The notes beneath the pieces were generated by a model. That model did not search any database, was not told the DNA's origin, and worked only from the letters and a program-made list of their open reading frames with translations. DNA of 64,000 nucleotides, taken from NCBI GenBank assembly GCA_951406725.2, contig OX597818.1, positions 95,294,001 to 95,358,000 of the forward strand. Reading direction: 5' to 3'. The translations under genes were made by a program, and so were the position numbers. Shown piece by piece: positions 51,312 through 63,424 of the stretch. Source of the DNA: Octopus vulgaris (taxonomy: Eukaryota). How positions within the stretch are numbered: position 1 is the first letter of the stretch; the number at the start of each line of letters is the position of its first letter.

Positions 51312-51540
51312 AGGCTGCCAGAAATGTTAGCACACCGGGCGAAATGCTTAGCAGTATTTCGTCTGCTATTATGTTCTGAATTCAAATTCCACTGAGGTCA
51401 ACATTGCCTTTCATCCTTTTGGGGTCAATCAAATAAGTACCAGTTATGCACTGGGGTCGATCTAATCGACTTAATCCTTTTGTCTGTCCTTGTTTGTCCC
51501 CTCTATGTTTAGCCCCCTTGTGGGCAATAAAGAAATAAAT
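51312..51540 (+). mobile_element. SINE family B
   Basis: Full body; aatattatataagga repeated on both flanks (TSD). Confidence 0.85.
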
Positions 51541-51766
51541 ATTATATAAGGACATGATAAATTAAACAATATAGTTTCAACATAACCATAAATACGTAGC
51601 ACCTTCATGGTTAGAATGTCTTTGATCATAGGTCTGCATGATTGTGATTGATATGAGGCATTTGTAGGTAATACAGTTTACCTAGCTGTATGTAGCTCAA
51701 CCTACATACAAATAGAACTGAATAGTTGACAGTTTAATATCTTGGTCAAGGACTCTGTATTTGACA

Positions 51767-52748
51767 TGCATTCCAGAAGTTTTGAGACTTTTCTTAACTG
51801 TCCTAAATTGTTATAATTTTAGTATATCATTACTATATATCTAATAATCTGACCTCCCAACTTTTGTTATCCCAGACTGCAGGAGGCAGCTGTAAAAGCA
51901 CATGCAACATACTCTACTAAATACTGCTTGTCACAGCTGACTAGTTTACAAAATGCAGTTGGGACATGATGACAATTTGGAGGCTCACAATGTAATTAAG
52001 TTTAGTGTTAAACTCAAATACTCTTGCATTGGAGATAATGAACTCAACCATTTCCCTGCTGTCACCAATGCACCTTTCCTTTTGCCCAACTCTGATGTTC
52101 ATATCTTCATCAATAATTCAGTATAAAGTAACCACACCAACTCCAAAGTGATGAAGGCTTGATCTACTGTTATGATCCTTAAATCAAGAGACAGAGCATC
52201 CAGTGGAAGCATACTGGCTCCACCAGACCTAAGAAGGCTAGGCAAAGCAAGTCCACCAAGGAGCTCATGATGATCCACTTTCTCTACAGCAAGGGCACCA
52301 TCTACATCTTCTGGGTTCCCTCTGGCCAGATGGTCAATAAAGAGTACTCTATGGAGGTTTTGGGGAGTTCAGCAAGATATTCTAATACAAAACGCCAGAG
52401 TTCTCCGGCTTGGGTTAGTGGCACCTGCACCAGGGTAATGTACCAGTTCACAATTCCATCCTGGTACCAACCACTTGACAGAGACGGGTGTCAAATCTAT
52501 CCCTCACTATCCCTACAATCCAGACCTTGCTTCCTGTGACTTTTGGTCATTTTCCCAAGCTGAAGGCAGTCATGTTGAAGACATTGAGAAGATGATGGAT
52601 AACTTCACTTTAGAGGACTTCCATAGGGCCAGACAAAGTGGCTGGAGTGCTACAAGTGCATTGAAGTCAGAGATTAAAGTTTTTTGTATTCTTTTGGAAT
52701 TAAAAAATGTGTCCCCTGAAAAAGCCTCAAAACTTCTGGAATGCACCC
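51767..52748 (+). mobile_element. degenerate mariner with both TIRs
   Basis: tgcattccagaagtttttgagactttt / aaaagcctcaaaacttctggaatgca; YCYDP*IKRQSIQWK, PHYPYNPDLASCDFW. Confidence 0.85.
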
Positions 52749-53599
52749 TAACCCTAATTTTATTCTATCACAATGTGGTACCTACAAACAGCTATACTGG
52801 GCTATTGACAGTTTAATGTCTTTGTCAAGGACACTTTAAAGTGTTCTGTATCACACTGTGCTACTTATATACACTAAGAAGACTGAAATGCTTACAGCTT
52901 GAAATCTCAGTTAAGGAAACAGTACAGTGTAGTGCATCACATTGTGGTACCTATATACAGCTAGGTAGACTGGACTGTTGATGCTGGGTCTCTTGATCAA
53001 GAGCACAATGCACGTCACTCTATGGAACCTACCTACAGTTTGATAGACTGGACTGGCTGGGTTATGAATACAACACAGCAAACCATACTACAATGTGGTG
53101 CCCACTTATAATTAGATTGACAGCTTAGGTATCACTCTGTGATATCTACTTACAGCTAGGTGGATAGAGATGTTAACATTTGAAGGCCTTGGCCATAGAT
53201 ATATTACAGTACTAGGAATATGATATGAACATCAGATATTTTTGTTAATATTCCAGTACTCTAGTAATTCAGCTACCCATAACTCCTCACAATTGGTAAT
53301 GGGTTTGTTTTTTTTAATTACTGAATAATTATCAATTAAAATTGATTGAAATTTATACTGTTTCTCTCTTCAGATTTAATGAGATAATCCTTTTGATCAG
53401 ATATTTATCTGCATAATCAAATAAGCTTCAGCTAATTTGCTGTCATCAAGTTAATCTTTAATAATTCCTCCAGCTCTCTTATTCATTCTCTTAGCTACCC
53501 ACTTTCTACCATCTTCCTCCCTCTCCTTTTCCTGTGTCTTCTCCTCCTCTCAGTTTTTCTCTTATCTTCCTCCCTTACTCTCCTCTTTCATTGATTGGT

Positions 53600-55270
53600 T
53601 GTGTCTTTGACAATTTCTCTCTTTGTCATCTCCTTCATGAGATTCAGATTCCTTAGATCAGCTTTTACCACTTCTTCCCATGTCTTTGTTGTAGTTCCTC
53701 TTCCACAGGTTCCTTCCAAATTCAACCCTTGGCACCACATTACAAAACTGTAATCTGCCATCACATTCCATTTCTATATCAACTCTGTCATATCTTATAT
53801 ACACTGCATCTGATTCCTCTTATACCCAGTTTTTCTTTCAATTCATTTGTGACCCATTGTTCCCACTAACATTAAACATAGACATGGCTGTATGGTTAAG
53901 ATGCTTACTTTGAAACCATATGATTTTGGTTCAGTCTCACGACTTGGGCAAGTGTTTTCTACTATAGCTCTGAGTCAACCAATACCTTGCATGTGACTTT
54001 GGTAGACAGAAACTCTGTGTAGAAGCCCATCACATATGTATATGTGTGTGTCTTTGTGTTTATGTCTTTTTTTTAATGAAGACAGATGAAACACTGCTAT
54101 GCATTTCACCTGGCGTGCTAACGTTTCTTATTTCTTTATTGCCCACAAGGGGCTAAACATAGAGGAGACAAACAAGGACAGACAAAGAGGTTAAGTCAAT
54201 TACATCGACCCCAGTGCATAACTGGTACTTAATTTATCGACCCCAAAAGGATGAAAGGCAAAGTCGACCTCGGCGGAATTTGGACTCAGAACGTAACGGC
54301 AGACCAAATACCGCTAAGCATTTCACCCGGCATGCTAAAGTTTCTGCCAGCTCCCCACCTGTGTTTATGTTTGTCCCCATCATACTGCTTGACAACCACT
54401 GTTGGTTTGTTTACATTTCTGTAGGGATCTGGCAAAAGAGAAGATAAAATAAGTACCAGACTTAAAAAATAAGTACTGAGATTGATTTGTTTGACATAAC
54501 CCTTCAAGGCCAACATAACCATAGTCCAATAGTTAAAATTAGTAAAAGAAAAGATCCAACAATCTCCACCTCATTTATTTTTTACCTTCACATTCTCTTC
54601 CACATTCAGTTCCCATTATACATTCTACCCTTCACTCAAAGAAAAACTTTATTTGTTACCTGCTGAAGTAATTGCTCCTTAAACTTTTTACTCTGACTTC
54701 TATGCTTTCAAAACACTCTCCTCTAATGCTAACTGGACCACCTATGTCAAAGAAGCTATCAACTACTTCCAAGGAGTCAGCTGTTCATTTAAAAGAATAT
54801 ATTTATGGCTGCTGTTATAGTTGACTATTCTTGCACATCTGTTACTTATGAATCCTTTCTTTTCTGTCAGCCTGCCTGTAATCCCACTGCATTTTTTATG
54901 TACCTGTAATTTATAGTAAATACGCTATATGATATTCCCATCTACTCTTTTTATGCATATTAAGTACAGCCACATCTCTTATGGCAGCAGAACTCTGTTT
55001 TCTTTCGTGCTGATTAAAACTTTTGTCTCTGTTAGGTTTACTTTAAGACCTCTTGATTCTAGGTATTGATTCTCTGCTTGAAATTTGTAGTTTAACTCTT
55101 CAACATATTCAGCTATGGGAACTAGGTCAATTTTAAACTTTTTTGTTATGGTATGGAAAATTACATCAAACTGTTGGAGGTCTGAGAACTATGCTCTGAT
55201 GAACACATGCCTGGATGCCTTGTTGAACTCATTGCTAACTCTACCCTCGTTGAAAGCAAATCATCTACAT
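53600..55270 (-). mobile_element. RTE LINE remnant split by nested SINEs
   Basis: Minus strand VHQSIVL (RT), SLEVVDSFFDIG, GTCGRGTTTKTWEEVVKADLRNLNL. Confidence 0.7.
53881..54555 (+). mobile_element. SINE family A containing inverted family B copies (54075-54358)
   Basis: A head 53881-54065, B on minus, A tail 54360-54555. Confidence 0.75.
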
Positions 55271-55456
55271 GTTTTACACCCTTAAAGCAACATGGAATAA
55301 GAGGTATCTTACTTGTAAAACAGGTAAGGGTCAGTGACTCAAAGGGAATCTAGTTGTAAAAGAATGCCTCAACAACACATTTATGTGTTCCATGCTAATA
55401 TGAAAGAACAGAAGTAAAGTGAATGAAGACATTTTTGCCACCATGGCAGTCTATAT

Positions 55457-55597
55457 CAGTCATGGGCAAACCAGCCCACAAGCTTTCTGAATGGCATACC
55501 TAATGAAAAATTACCTTTAATTTTATAATACTGCCACCCACCTGATGATGAGCTATGTCTCACATGGGTTGTATCTTGGAAAGGTTGTTCATATCTG
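55457..55597. mobile_element. hAT-type MITE (~140 bp)
   Basis: cagtcatgggcaaacc...ggttgttcatatctg with 8-bp TSD gtctatat/gtctacat. Confidence 0.55.
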
Positions 55598-56275
55598 GTC
55601 TACATGCATATCTTGATAATATAGATTTCACAAAATTTTCTGTTGATATTCCTACACCCATTCCTCAATAATATATATAAAAAAAGATCAAAGTTTTAAT
55701 ATTTAATTTCTACTCTGTGATAAATAGTAAAACTACATGTGAAGTATTATAATAATCATACAAAACATTGACAAGTTTGTTTCCAGTATACTACCACTAA
55801 CTTTCTTCCTTAAATGACCTTATGAAAAAAAGAAAATCAAAATTTTCTGACCATGCATTCAGGTGCTATGATACAGGCAACATTTGAGCAAATACACTTT
55901 ATTAATAACTGCATCTTAATTGAATAATTGACACTGAAACTTTTAAGACAGGGATAAAAGTGCGAAGTAATTTGGAAGAAGGGCCTAGGCATGGTTATAT
56001 GGTAAAGAAGTTTACTTCCCAATCATGTGCTTTCAGGTTCAGTCCTGCTGTGTGGCATCTTGGGCAAGTATATACCTTCTGCTACAGGTCGACCAAAGTC
56101 TTATGACTGGATTTGGTAGATGGAAACTCATATACATATATATATTAATATAAAGAAAACAGAAAAAATGTTGTGGATACTTGTTTTATTTGTTTCACAA
56201 TAAGAACATAGCAAATAGTTTAATACAAATAAAATTTAAAGGAACATAAATTAACATAAAATAAGCATAAAAAGT

Positions 56276-56392
56276 GCCTACACATTTCAATCTGATCTCT
56301 AGGTAAACAGTGCTTTGAATCCGCAGGGTTCAAACCATATTAAGAATTGTAGATGTAAAAAATAACACAATGTAACCAGATATCATCAAGGC
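56276..56392 (-). ncRNA. degenerate hammerhead with ~95-nt stem II region
   Basis: Minus strand gcc TTGATGA tatctgg...tcagatt GAAA tgtg TA ggc. Confidence 0.45.
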
Positions 56393-56589
56393 TGCCTTGT
56401 GTAAAAGACTAATGCTTTAATATTATATCATTGATAATACCAGTACCAGTTGATCTCTGGTTTTTATAATCCCTAAGGAGGACATTACATCCTCAAATTG
56501 ACTATATATATATAGGCTATATCAAATTTCTGACAGTTTGTCGCTGGAAAAAACATAGTATTTTGTGAGTGGAATGAGTTTTTCATCAC

Positions 56590-56812
56590 TAACTGGTGAT
56601 TATCACACACTAAAAACAGGTAACTACCCAGAAACCTGGGTTTGTGTGTATCCCATAAGGCTAGTGATGGGAGCGATGACCTTCCCTCGTAAATTCTAAT
56701 TGGACACAGGCAGTGTGTTGTTAGCTAGCTGGAGTAGTTGTCTTCCTGGGGCTAAAAATAGCAGTAACATCATCCTCTAAGTAACATCATCCTAGTCGGC
56801 AAATATATTTTA
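56590..56812 (+). mobile_element. old copy of the 36250 family with decayed hammerhead (56604-56648)
   Basis: cacaca CTAAAAA caggt aact accca GAAA cctgg gtt tgtgtg; body matches the reverse complement of 36260-36420. Confidence 0.6.
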
Positions 56813-56837
56813 TGATATATATATATATATATATATA

Positions 56838-57048
56838 TGTGTGACCCCGTGTGTATCGTTGGCGATTTTCTTTTTCTGTCTTCCCTTCCTTGGACCTTTC
56901 CTTTTTCTATGTTTCTGACAAAGAGCTCCGCTCAAAATGTTAAATTCTCCTTCTTTCTTTCCTTTCCTGAGTGTTCAATAGCACTATACTTGTTCCATGT
57001 CCTCGCGTTGTTGTGTTTTCTCTTTGTGTTTTCATGTTTGGATTAACT
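56838..57048 (+). mobile_element. copy of the 9235 family; hammerhead decayed
   Basis: gttt CTGACAA agagctccgctc AAAA tg tt; (TA)n on both sides. Confidence 0.75.
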
Positions 57049-57068
57049 ATATATATATATATATATAT

Positions 57069-57255
57069 AAGATAGAGATGTAAATAGCACAGAAGTAAGT
57101 CGAAGACATTTCAATTTAAGAAGGAATTTAATAAAAATGATTTTAAAAAGCATATAAAGAAAATATGCAATTTTTTAAATCATTTTTATCAAATTCCTTC
57201 TTAAATTGAAATGTCTTAGACTTACTTTTATGTCATTTCCACCGCCATCTTTTAT
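57069..57255. repeat. fold-back inverted repeat (core 57093-57227)
   Basis: aagtaagtcgaagacatttcaatttaagaaggaattt..aaattccttcttaaattgaaatgtcttagacttactt. Confidence 0.75.
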
Positions 57256-57299
57256 ATATAAAAATTTGATTTGTATAGATCTCTAAACTTTTTTCAACT

Positions 57300-57501
57300 A
57301 TGTGACCTCGTGAGTACCGCTGGCGATTTTTTTCCTCTGTCTTCCCTTCTCGGGATCTTTCCTTCTCCTATGTTTCCGACGAAGAGCTCCGCTCGAAACG
57401 TTAAACCCTCCTTCTTCCCTTCTTTCCTGAGCATCCAATAATACTTTATTTGTTCCACGTCCTTGCGTTGTTGTATTTTTTGTGTTTTCTTGTTTGGATT
57501 A

Positions 57502-57505
<4 letters not shown>
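57300..57505 (+). mobile_element. copy of the 9235 family; hammerhead at 57372-57406
   Basis: gttt CCGACGA a gagc tcc gctc GAAA cg TT aaac; followed by ~70 bp (TA)n. Confidence 0.75.
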
Positions 57506-57579
<74 letters not shown>

Positions 57580-58015
57580 GTAGGCATGGCTGTATGATAA
57601 GAAGCTTGCTTCCCAACCACATTGTGGTGATGAGGAGGAGGAGGAGGAGATTTATATAAGGGTAATAATATAGGGGTAACATCTCTTACAATTTATCTGT
57701 GGAATAAGTGAAATGTTTCCAGAGGCTGAACACTAACTACAGTACAGTTAATTTGTAAATATATGTTTGTAGTAGGTGGTGGTATTAAAACCAAAGATTG
57801 GCATTTATTGTACACAATTGTTCAAGAAGAGATATTGTTGCTTCTTGAGACATTTGAATAGATTTGTTTGAATAGAACAACACACCTATTCAGATAGAGT
57901 TGACATCATTAACATTATCATCAGCAGCAGCTTGCGTAAGACCATAAAACTACTATTGACAGTAGATTTATACAAGTATATTTATTTATTTATTTACATA
58001 TTTTTATATTTATTC

Positions 58016-58063
<48 letters not shown>

Positions 58064-58064
<1 letters not shown>

Positions 58065-58618
58065 GAGTGAGAGAGCAGTTCATGCCATCAAAGTGACACT
58101 GGGGTAAAATATACGAAGCCCAATATACCCATCATGACTTACCCGTCTGATAAGGGTACACCAGGCACATGCATCACAACCATATGTGCGCGACATGGTG
58201 ATCTCATATCAAGATAAACAGCACATGACCTTGCAGGTGGGGCCCAGTTAGAATTTTCTTCAGGTTGAGTAGCCCATCCCGTTCAAAAGGTCCCTGAATA
58301 AGGGTTGTTTAAGGATGTTGAAAGAACCACCCATGTTTCCAGAGGTAAATTATTCAAACCCCAAAGAATCCCTCTCAACACATGGCTATGATGCTCCCCC
58401 ACTACTTCTGCTCGTGATCAGAGATGCACATATCGTCAGCCACTAAGGGACATGCTCAACTGGTTAAGGTCAAACAACTGACAAGCAAATCTGTGGTATT
58501 GAGCAGAATATTTGCTGTAGCCCATCTTTTATACCAAGACAAAACAATGTACGTGATAACACTTCCAATCAGTTAAGATCAGAAGCCATGAGAGCCACTG
58601 CCTGGTACTGCATCAGGG

Positions 58619-58620
<2 letters not shown>
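58064..58620. mobile_element. ~557 bp non-coding element inserted in an (ATT)n microsatellite
   Basis: Sharp boundaries, pure (ATT)n on both sides, higher GC than flanks, no TIR or ORF. Confidence 0.6.
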
Positions 58621-58679
<59 letters not shown>

Positions 58680-58944
58680 TAGCTTGATTTGGGGTCATTT
58701 TAGTTACTAGTTGAGTCTTTACCTGAAATCTAAGGCCAGTAACTGTATTAAAGCAATAGGAATTTTCTCAAGATGGGCTATTGAAGCTAGTGCAATCTTT
58801 TGGACATCATGTACATTTGATTTTCCAAGTATTTTATCAATAAATATTGAAGACCCTTTCTTTAACTATGCCTAATGTTACTACTATTACCAGTAAGGAA
58901 TTGTTTTTAGTTTCTATATTCTGTTGATTTCTATTATTATTATA

Positions 58945-59530
58945 GTGAAACTGTTCTGCATGCTCTTGTCCAGTGCCCAGGCATCGCTGACTTGTGGATT
59001 TATGTCAAATGCTTGCTGTCATGTAGGACAGATTCAACTATAAACTGAATTTATTGTGAAGATCGTCCCACCCACTTCCTCAGGCCAGGAAGGGCAGGCA
59101 GTATTTATTTGTCTGGTAGTCTTAGCAAAAGAGGTAATGTGGGAACAGATTGAAAAGGCTGAAGACAGATACTTTTTTCTTTGGCCAAGTCCTCCTCAAC
59201 TTTTTCAAGTTTCACTTAAAAAGGAAAGTGAAAGTAGAGAAGGAAGTGTTGGTTCCCAGCAATTTTGTTAAAAGGTGAGTGAGTGAATAAGCCTACTCTG
59301 AGTATATGCCTGTAACTTGGAAGAAAATGATGTGGAGTGGGCACTTGCCCTAATGGTCAGGTTGACCATGGTTTTGTGGGGTTTTCATGAGCATCCCTAA
59401 GAAGTTTCCCTCTTTTGAGGAATTATTCTGTTTTTCTACTTTTTATATGCTTCTTTATGTAACCCCACATTGTATTGTCCATTTCTTTCCCCAACGTTTT
59501 TTTTTTGTAAACCCTTAGTGGTAAAGAAAG
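58945..59530 (+). mobile_element. L1/Tx1-type LINE 3' remnant
   Basis: ETVLHALVQCPGIADLWIYV (zinc-knuckle ET..H....C......W) and ..LAKEVMW. Confidence 0.6.
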
Positions 59531-59556
59531 CATTATTATTATTGTTGTTGTTATTT

Positions 59557-59999
59557 AGGCAGTGAGCTGGCAAAATTGTTAGCATGCTGGGTGAAATGCT
59601 TAGTGGTATTTTGTCTGTTGCTACATTCTGAGTTCAAATTCCACCGAGGTCGACTTTGCCTTTCATCTTTTTAGGATCAATAAAGTAAGTACCAGTTGAA
59701 AACTAGGGTAAATATAATCAATTTATCCCCACCTCCCCCAAGTGGCCCTTGTAGCAAAAATTTGCTATAATCATTATTATTATTACATAAGTTGTCAAGC
59801 TAGCAGAATCGTTAGTACAGCGAGCAAAATGTTTAGTGGCATTTCATACATCTTTATGTTCTGAGTTCAATTTCTACTGAGGGTGACTTTGCCATTCACC
59901 TTTTGGGGGTCAATGAAATAAGTACCAGTTGCGCACTGGGGTTGATGTAGTTGACTAGTTCCCTCCCCACAAATTTCAGGCCTTTAGTTAAAAAAATTA

Positions 60000-60047
<48 letters not shown>

Positions 60048-60360
60048 CAGAAAGCTAGCAGAATCATCAGCATGTCAAATAAAATGCTTGGTAGCAATAA
60101 ACTGTTGGAGGTCTGAGAACCATGCTCTGATGAACACGTGCCTGGATGCCTTGTTGACCTCACTGCTAACTCTACCCTTGTAGAGTTACCCTTCTGACTC
60201 TTTATGTTCTGAGTTCAAACACTGCTATGGTCTGCTTCTGCTTTGCCTTACATCCTTTCAGGGTGGATAAAATAAGTACCAGTCGAGTACTGGGGTCAAT
60301 GTAATCAACTTCCCTCTCACCCAAAATTTAAGGCCTTGTGCCTAGAGTAGAAAGGATTAT
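59557..60360 (+). mobile_element. three tandem B-type SINEs with (ATT)n tails
   Basis: agct(g/a)gca(a/g)aa..ctgagttcaa..aagtaccag at 59557, 59795 and 60050. Confidence 0.75.
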
Positions 60361-60428
60361 TATTATTTTGACAGATATACCAAATACACTTCTGTGTTGC
60401 TGAAGTGTATGCAATATTGTCTTCTTAT

Positions 60429-60668
60429 AGTGGTGGTGGTGGCAGTGGCAGTGGCAGCGGCAATGGCAGTGGAAGCAGTGGTGGTGGTGGTGGTTGTGGT
60501 GGTGGTGGCAGTGGTGGTGGCGATGGTGGTGGCGGTGGTGGTGGCAGCAGTGATGGTGGCAGCGGCGGTGGTGGTGGCAGCAGCGATGGTGGTGATGGCA
60601 CTGGTGGTGGTGGTGGTGGTGGTGGTGGTGGTGGCAGTGGTAGTGGTGGCGGCGATGGTGGTGGCAGT
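60429..60668. repeat. G-rich (GGT/GGC/AGT)n trinucleotide repeat
   Basis: Direct inspection; the poly-Gly, poly-Val and poly-Thr ORFs are artefacts. Confidence 0.9.
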
Positions 60669-61129
60669 CATCGTCGTCTTCTGGTTGTAGTTGTTATTGT
60701 TCCCAATGTTAACCTAACATCAAAGATATTTTCAACCGCAATTGTAAAGGCATCTAGGATTGCATTATTTAATGCACTCTTTCCTTATAAAACACTACAG
60801 AATATCATTAGAGGGGAAACTTGACTGCTATTTTTACCAGGGTTGGCAACCATAGTCCTATAATGCCATAGCAACGGAGTTTCATGTTTTACCTGGAATT
60901 TATTAGATTTGTTTCTTGTTGCTTTCATTGAAACATTTCTCTTTGTAGTGAAAGTATTTATAATACAAGTAGGTGACTGTTTAGAGAATGTATTGTGTAT
61001 ATATTAGCAGGTGGGTGTATAAAATATGTGTTGTGTAAGACGTGTTATATAGTTTTGCAAGGTGAGTGTATAAAATATATGTCGTCTAAGTAGTGTTATA
61101 TAGTATTGATAGGTAAGTATCCTCATTAT

Positions 61130-61320
61130 CATCATCAACATTTAACATCCATTTTTCATACTGGCATGGGTTGGATGGCTTGATAGGAACTGGCAAAGCC
61201 AGGGTCCACACTAGGTTCCTTAGTCTGTTTTAACTTGGTTTCTATAGCTAGATGCCCTTCCTAACACCAACCACAATACAGAGTGTACTGGGTGTTTTTT
61301 ACGTGGCGCCAGCACCTACA
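61130..61320 (-). mobile_element. SINE-like family C, degenerate
   Basis: ggcatgggttggatgg..gatgcccttcctaacaccaacc. Confidence 0.7.
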
Positions 61321-61849
61321 CCAATGCTTTTTTACTTGACACCTCGGTTTTAGAATCTCAGTTCTGTTGTGGTGGGCAGGTTATGTAAGTAGTGTTATAT
61401 AATATCAGAAGGTGCATAAAATATCTTCTGTGAAAGTAATGCCATAATATTGTTTTGGTCATGAGGAAATATTAACTTGTTTAGAAACAAGTAAGAGTTG
61501 GGTGACAGGAAGAGCATCTGGCCATAGAAAAATCTACCTCAGCAAATGTTCATCTGATCCATGAAAGCATGGAAAATAGTGCTCATTTTCCAATATGTGG
61601 TTATTTTTTTAAGATGGTACAATGTAATTTCTGAGATTTTTGGCTGTGTTAATATGAGAGGCTTGCCACCCATCAAGTATGGTGTTTTCATTCTTATTTG
61701 TGTCAGTCTTTGATTTTCCATATTCCATGAATGTTCAATCATCTTCCCTCTTGGGAATTCAGAAATAGTTGGATGATAAAAATGTTGTGTTATGTTGATG
61801 GGTTCTAGGTAAAGATTTTCTAAAATCCATAATCATCAGGATAAAAGAT

Positions 61850-62075
61850 AAAGACCCTTCCTTAAGGGCCAGTTTATTGGTTTCTATGACATGTATATTC
61901 CCTACCTGGACAGAACGCTAGTCCATTGCAGGATTACACATTTTTGCCAGTCAAGTGGACTAGGCATGAAATGAAGTGTTTTTCTCAAGAACACAACGCA
62001 TAACCCAGTCCCAGAATCAAAATTACATTCTTACGATCATGACTTCAACACCCTAACCACTAAACCACACACTTC
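61850..62075 (-). mobile_element. E-type tRNA SINE
   Basis: caacaccctaaccactaaaccac head; tail similar to 4855. Confidence 0.65.
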
Positions 62076-62093
62076 CATCCATAATCATAAGTT

Positions 62094-62159
<66 letters not shown>

Positions 62160-62179
62160 CACACACACATACACACACA

Positions 62180-62502
62180 TCATCATCATCATCATCATCA
62201 TTTAGCGTCCGTTCTCCATGCTAGCATGGGTTGGACGGTTCAACTGGGGTCTGTGAAGCTGGAAGGCTTCATCAGGCCCAGTCAGATCTGGCAGTGTTTC
62301 TACGGCTGGATGCCCTTCCTAACGCCAACCACTCCGTGAGTGTAGTGGGTGCTTTACGTGCCACCCGCACAGGTGCCAGACAGAGCTGGCAAACGGCCAC
62401 GAACGGATGGTGCTTTACGTGTCACTGGCACGGGGCCAGGCGAGGCTGGCAACGGACACGAACGGATGGTGCTTTTACGTGCCACCAACACGGGGGCCAG
62501 AC
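62180..62502 (-). mobile_element. SINE-like family C (young)
   Basis: CpG-rich, three internal repeats, (CAT)n. Confidence 0.85.
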
Positions 62503-62612
62503 ATAAAATGTAAAAATGTTCTGCTCAAATATGTCCTTCAGTGCTTGAATGGATTTGAACTTAGAATCTATGCACTGGTAGATGAATATATTATCTACTC
62601 AGTCTTTTCACT

Positions 62613-62648
<36 letters not shown>

Positions 62649-62649
<1 letters not shown>

Positions 62650-62878
62650 CACTTTGATCACCTTGACCGACCAGTCCGTCGGGCATCCATTTGACACCGC
62701 TGGTCACAGCACACTGTCCACTCCTCACTGGATCGCGCCTTTCTCATCCACATGATCCCAATCGTCCTCCTGAAATCATAACTCCACCATCGTGGAGGCC
62801 TTCCCAGTGGTCGTTTCCACTCATGCAGGTACCACTCAACAACTGCGTGGGTCCACTGACAACTGCGCGGGTCCACCA
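62649..62878 (-). mobile_element. RTE LINE 3' end
   Basis: WTHAVVEWYLHEWKRPLGRPPRWWSYD. Confidence 0.75.
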
Positions 62879-62970
62879 ATTATATATATATGTAATATGT
62901 ATGTATATATGTATATATATATATATATATGTATATGTATGTATATGTATATATATATGTGTGTGTGTAT

Positions 62971-63019
<49 letters not shown>

Positions 63020-63109
63020 GATGTAACCCAAATTTACTGCAATAAAGACAGATTGGTTCCTCTTGAATTCTTTGTAAACTCTTAAAAATATCTCCTGTGT
63101 ATATATATA

Positions 63110-63352
63110 CTACCAAACAAACTTGATTTTTATTGAACTCCTTATACTTTTTGTTGAATATTTTCTTGTAAACTGTTTTTAACATTTTCTTATTATTATC
63201 AAAGAATGTATATATGTATTTTAATACTTTTGTGACAACTAGTACTTAACACAACAAAGCTCTACATTTTACTTTTGACAATCTTTTTCTAAAAAAGTGA
63301 AACCGGTCAAGTGAATAAACATCTTTAAAATTGCATTTTCAAACCTTCTTTC
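63110..63352 (+). mobile_element. PLE-like element, sister of 4213-4458
   Basis: Near-identical reverse complement; ends in (TA)n. Confidence 0.7.
63271..63312 (+). ncRNA. minimal hammerhead with U3-A8 variant core
   Basis: actt TTGACAA tctttttctaaaaaagt GAAA ccgg TC aagt. Confidence 0.55.
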
Positions 63353-63424
63353 ATATATATTTCCACTCGTGTGGTTCCTTACAACTTCACTTTGTTATAT
63401 ATCAATGGAATTTGTAGCTGTGAT

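Noticed and set aside
53360-53460. Polypyrimidine-CAG acceptor-like site (also at 44150-44168)
   Set aside because: No convincing open exon or donor follows
55542-55570. CTGATGA followed by a tgag/ctca hairpin
   Set aside because: No GAAA or stem III follows; lies inside a hAT-type MITE
60363-60824. Gly-rich, Thr/Ala-rich and Val-rich ORFs
   Set aside because: All are frames of one GGN trinucleotide repeat; no flanking exon evidence
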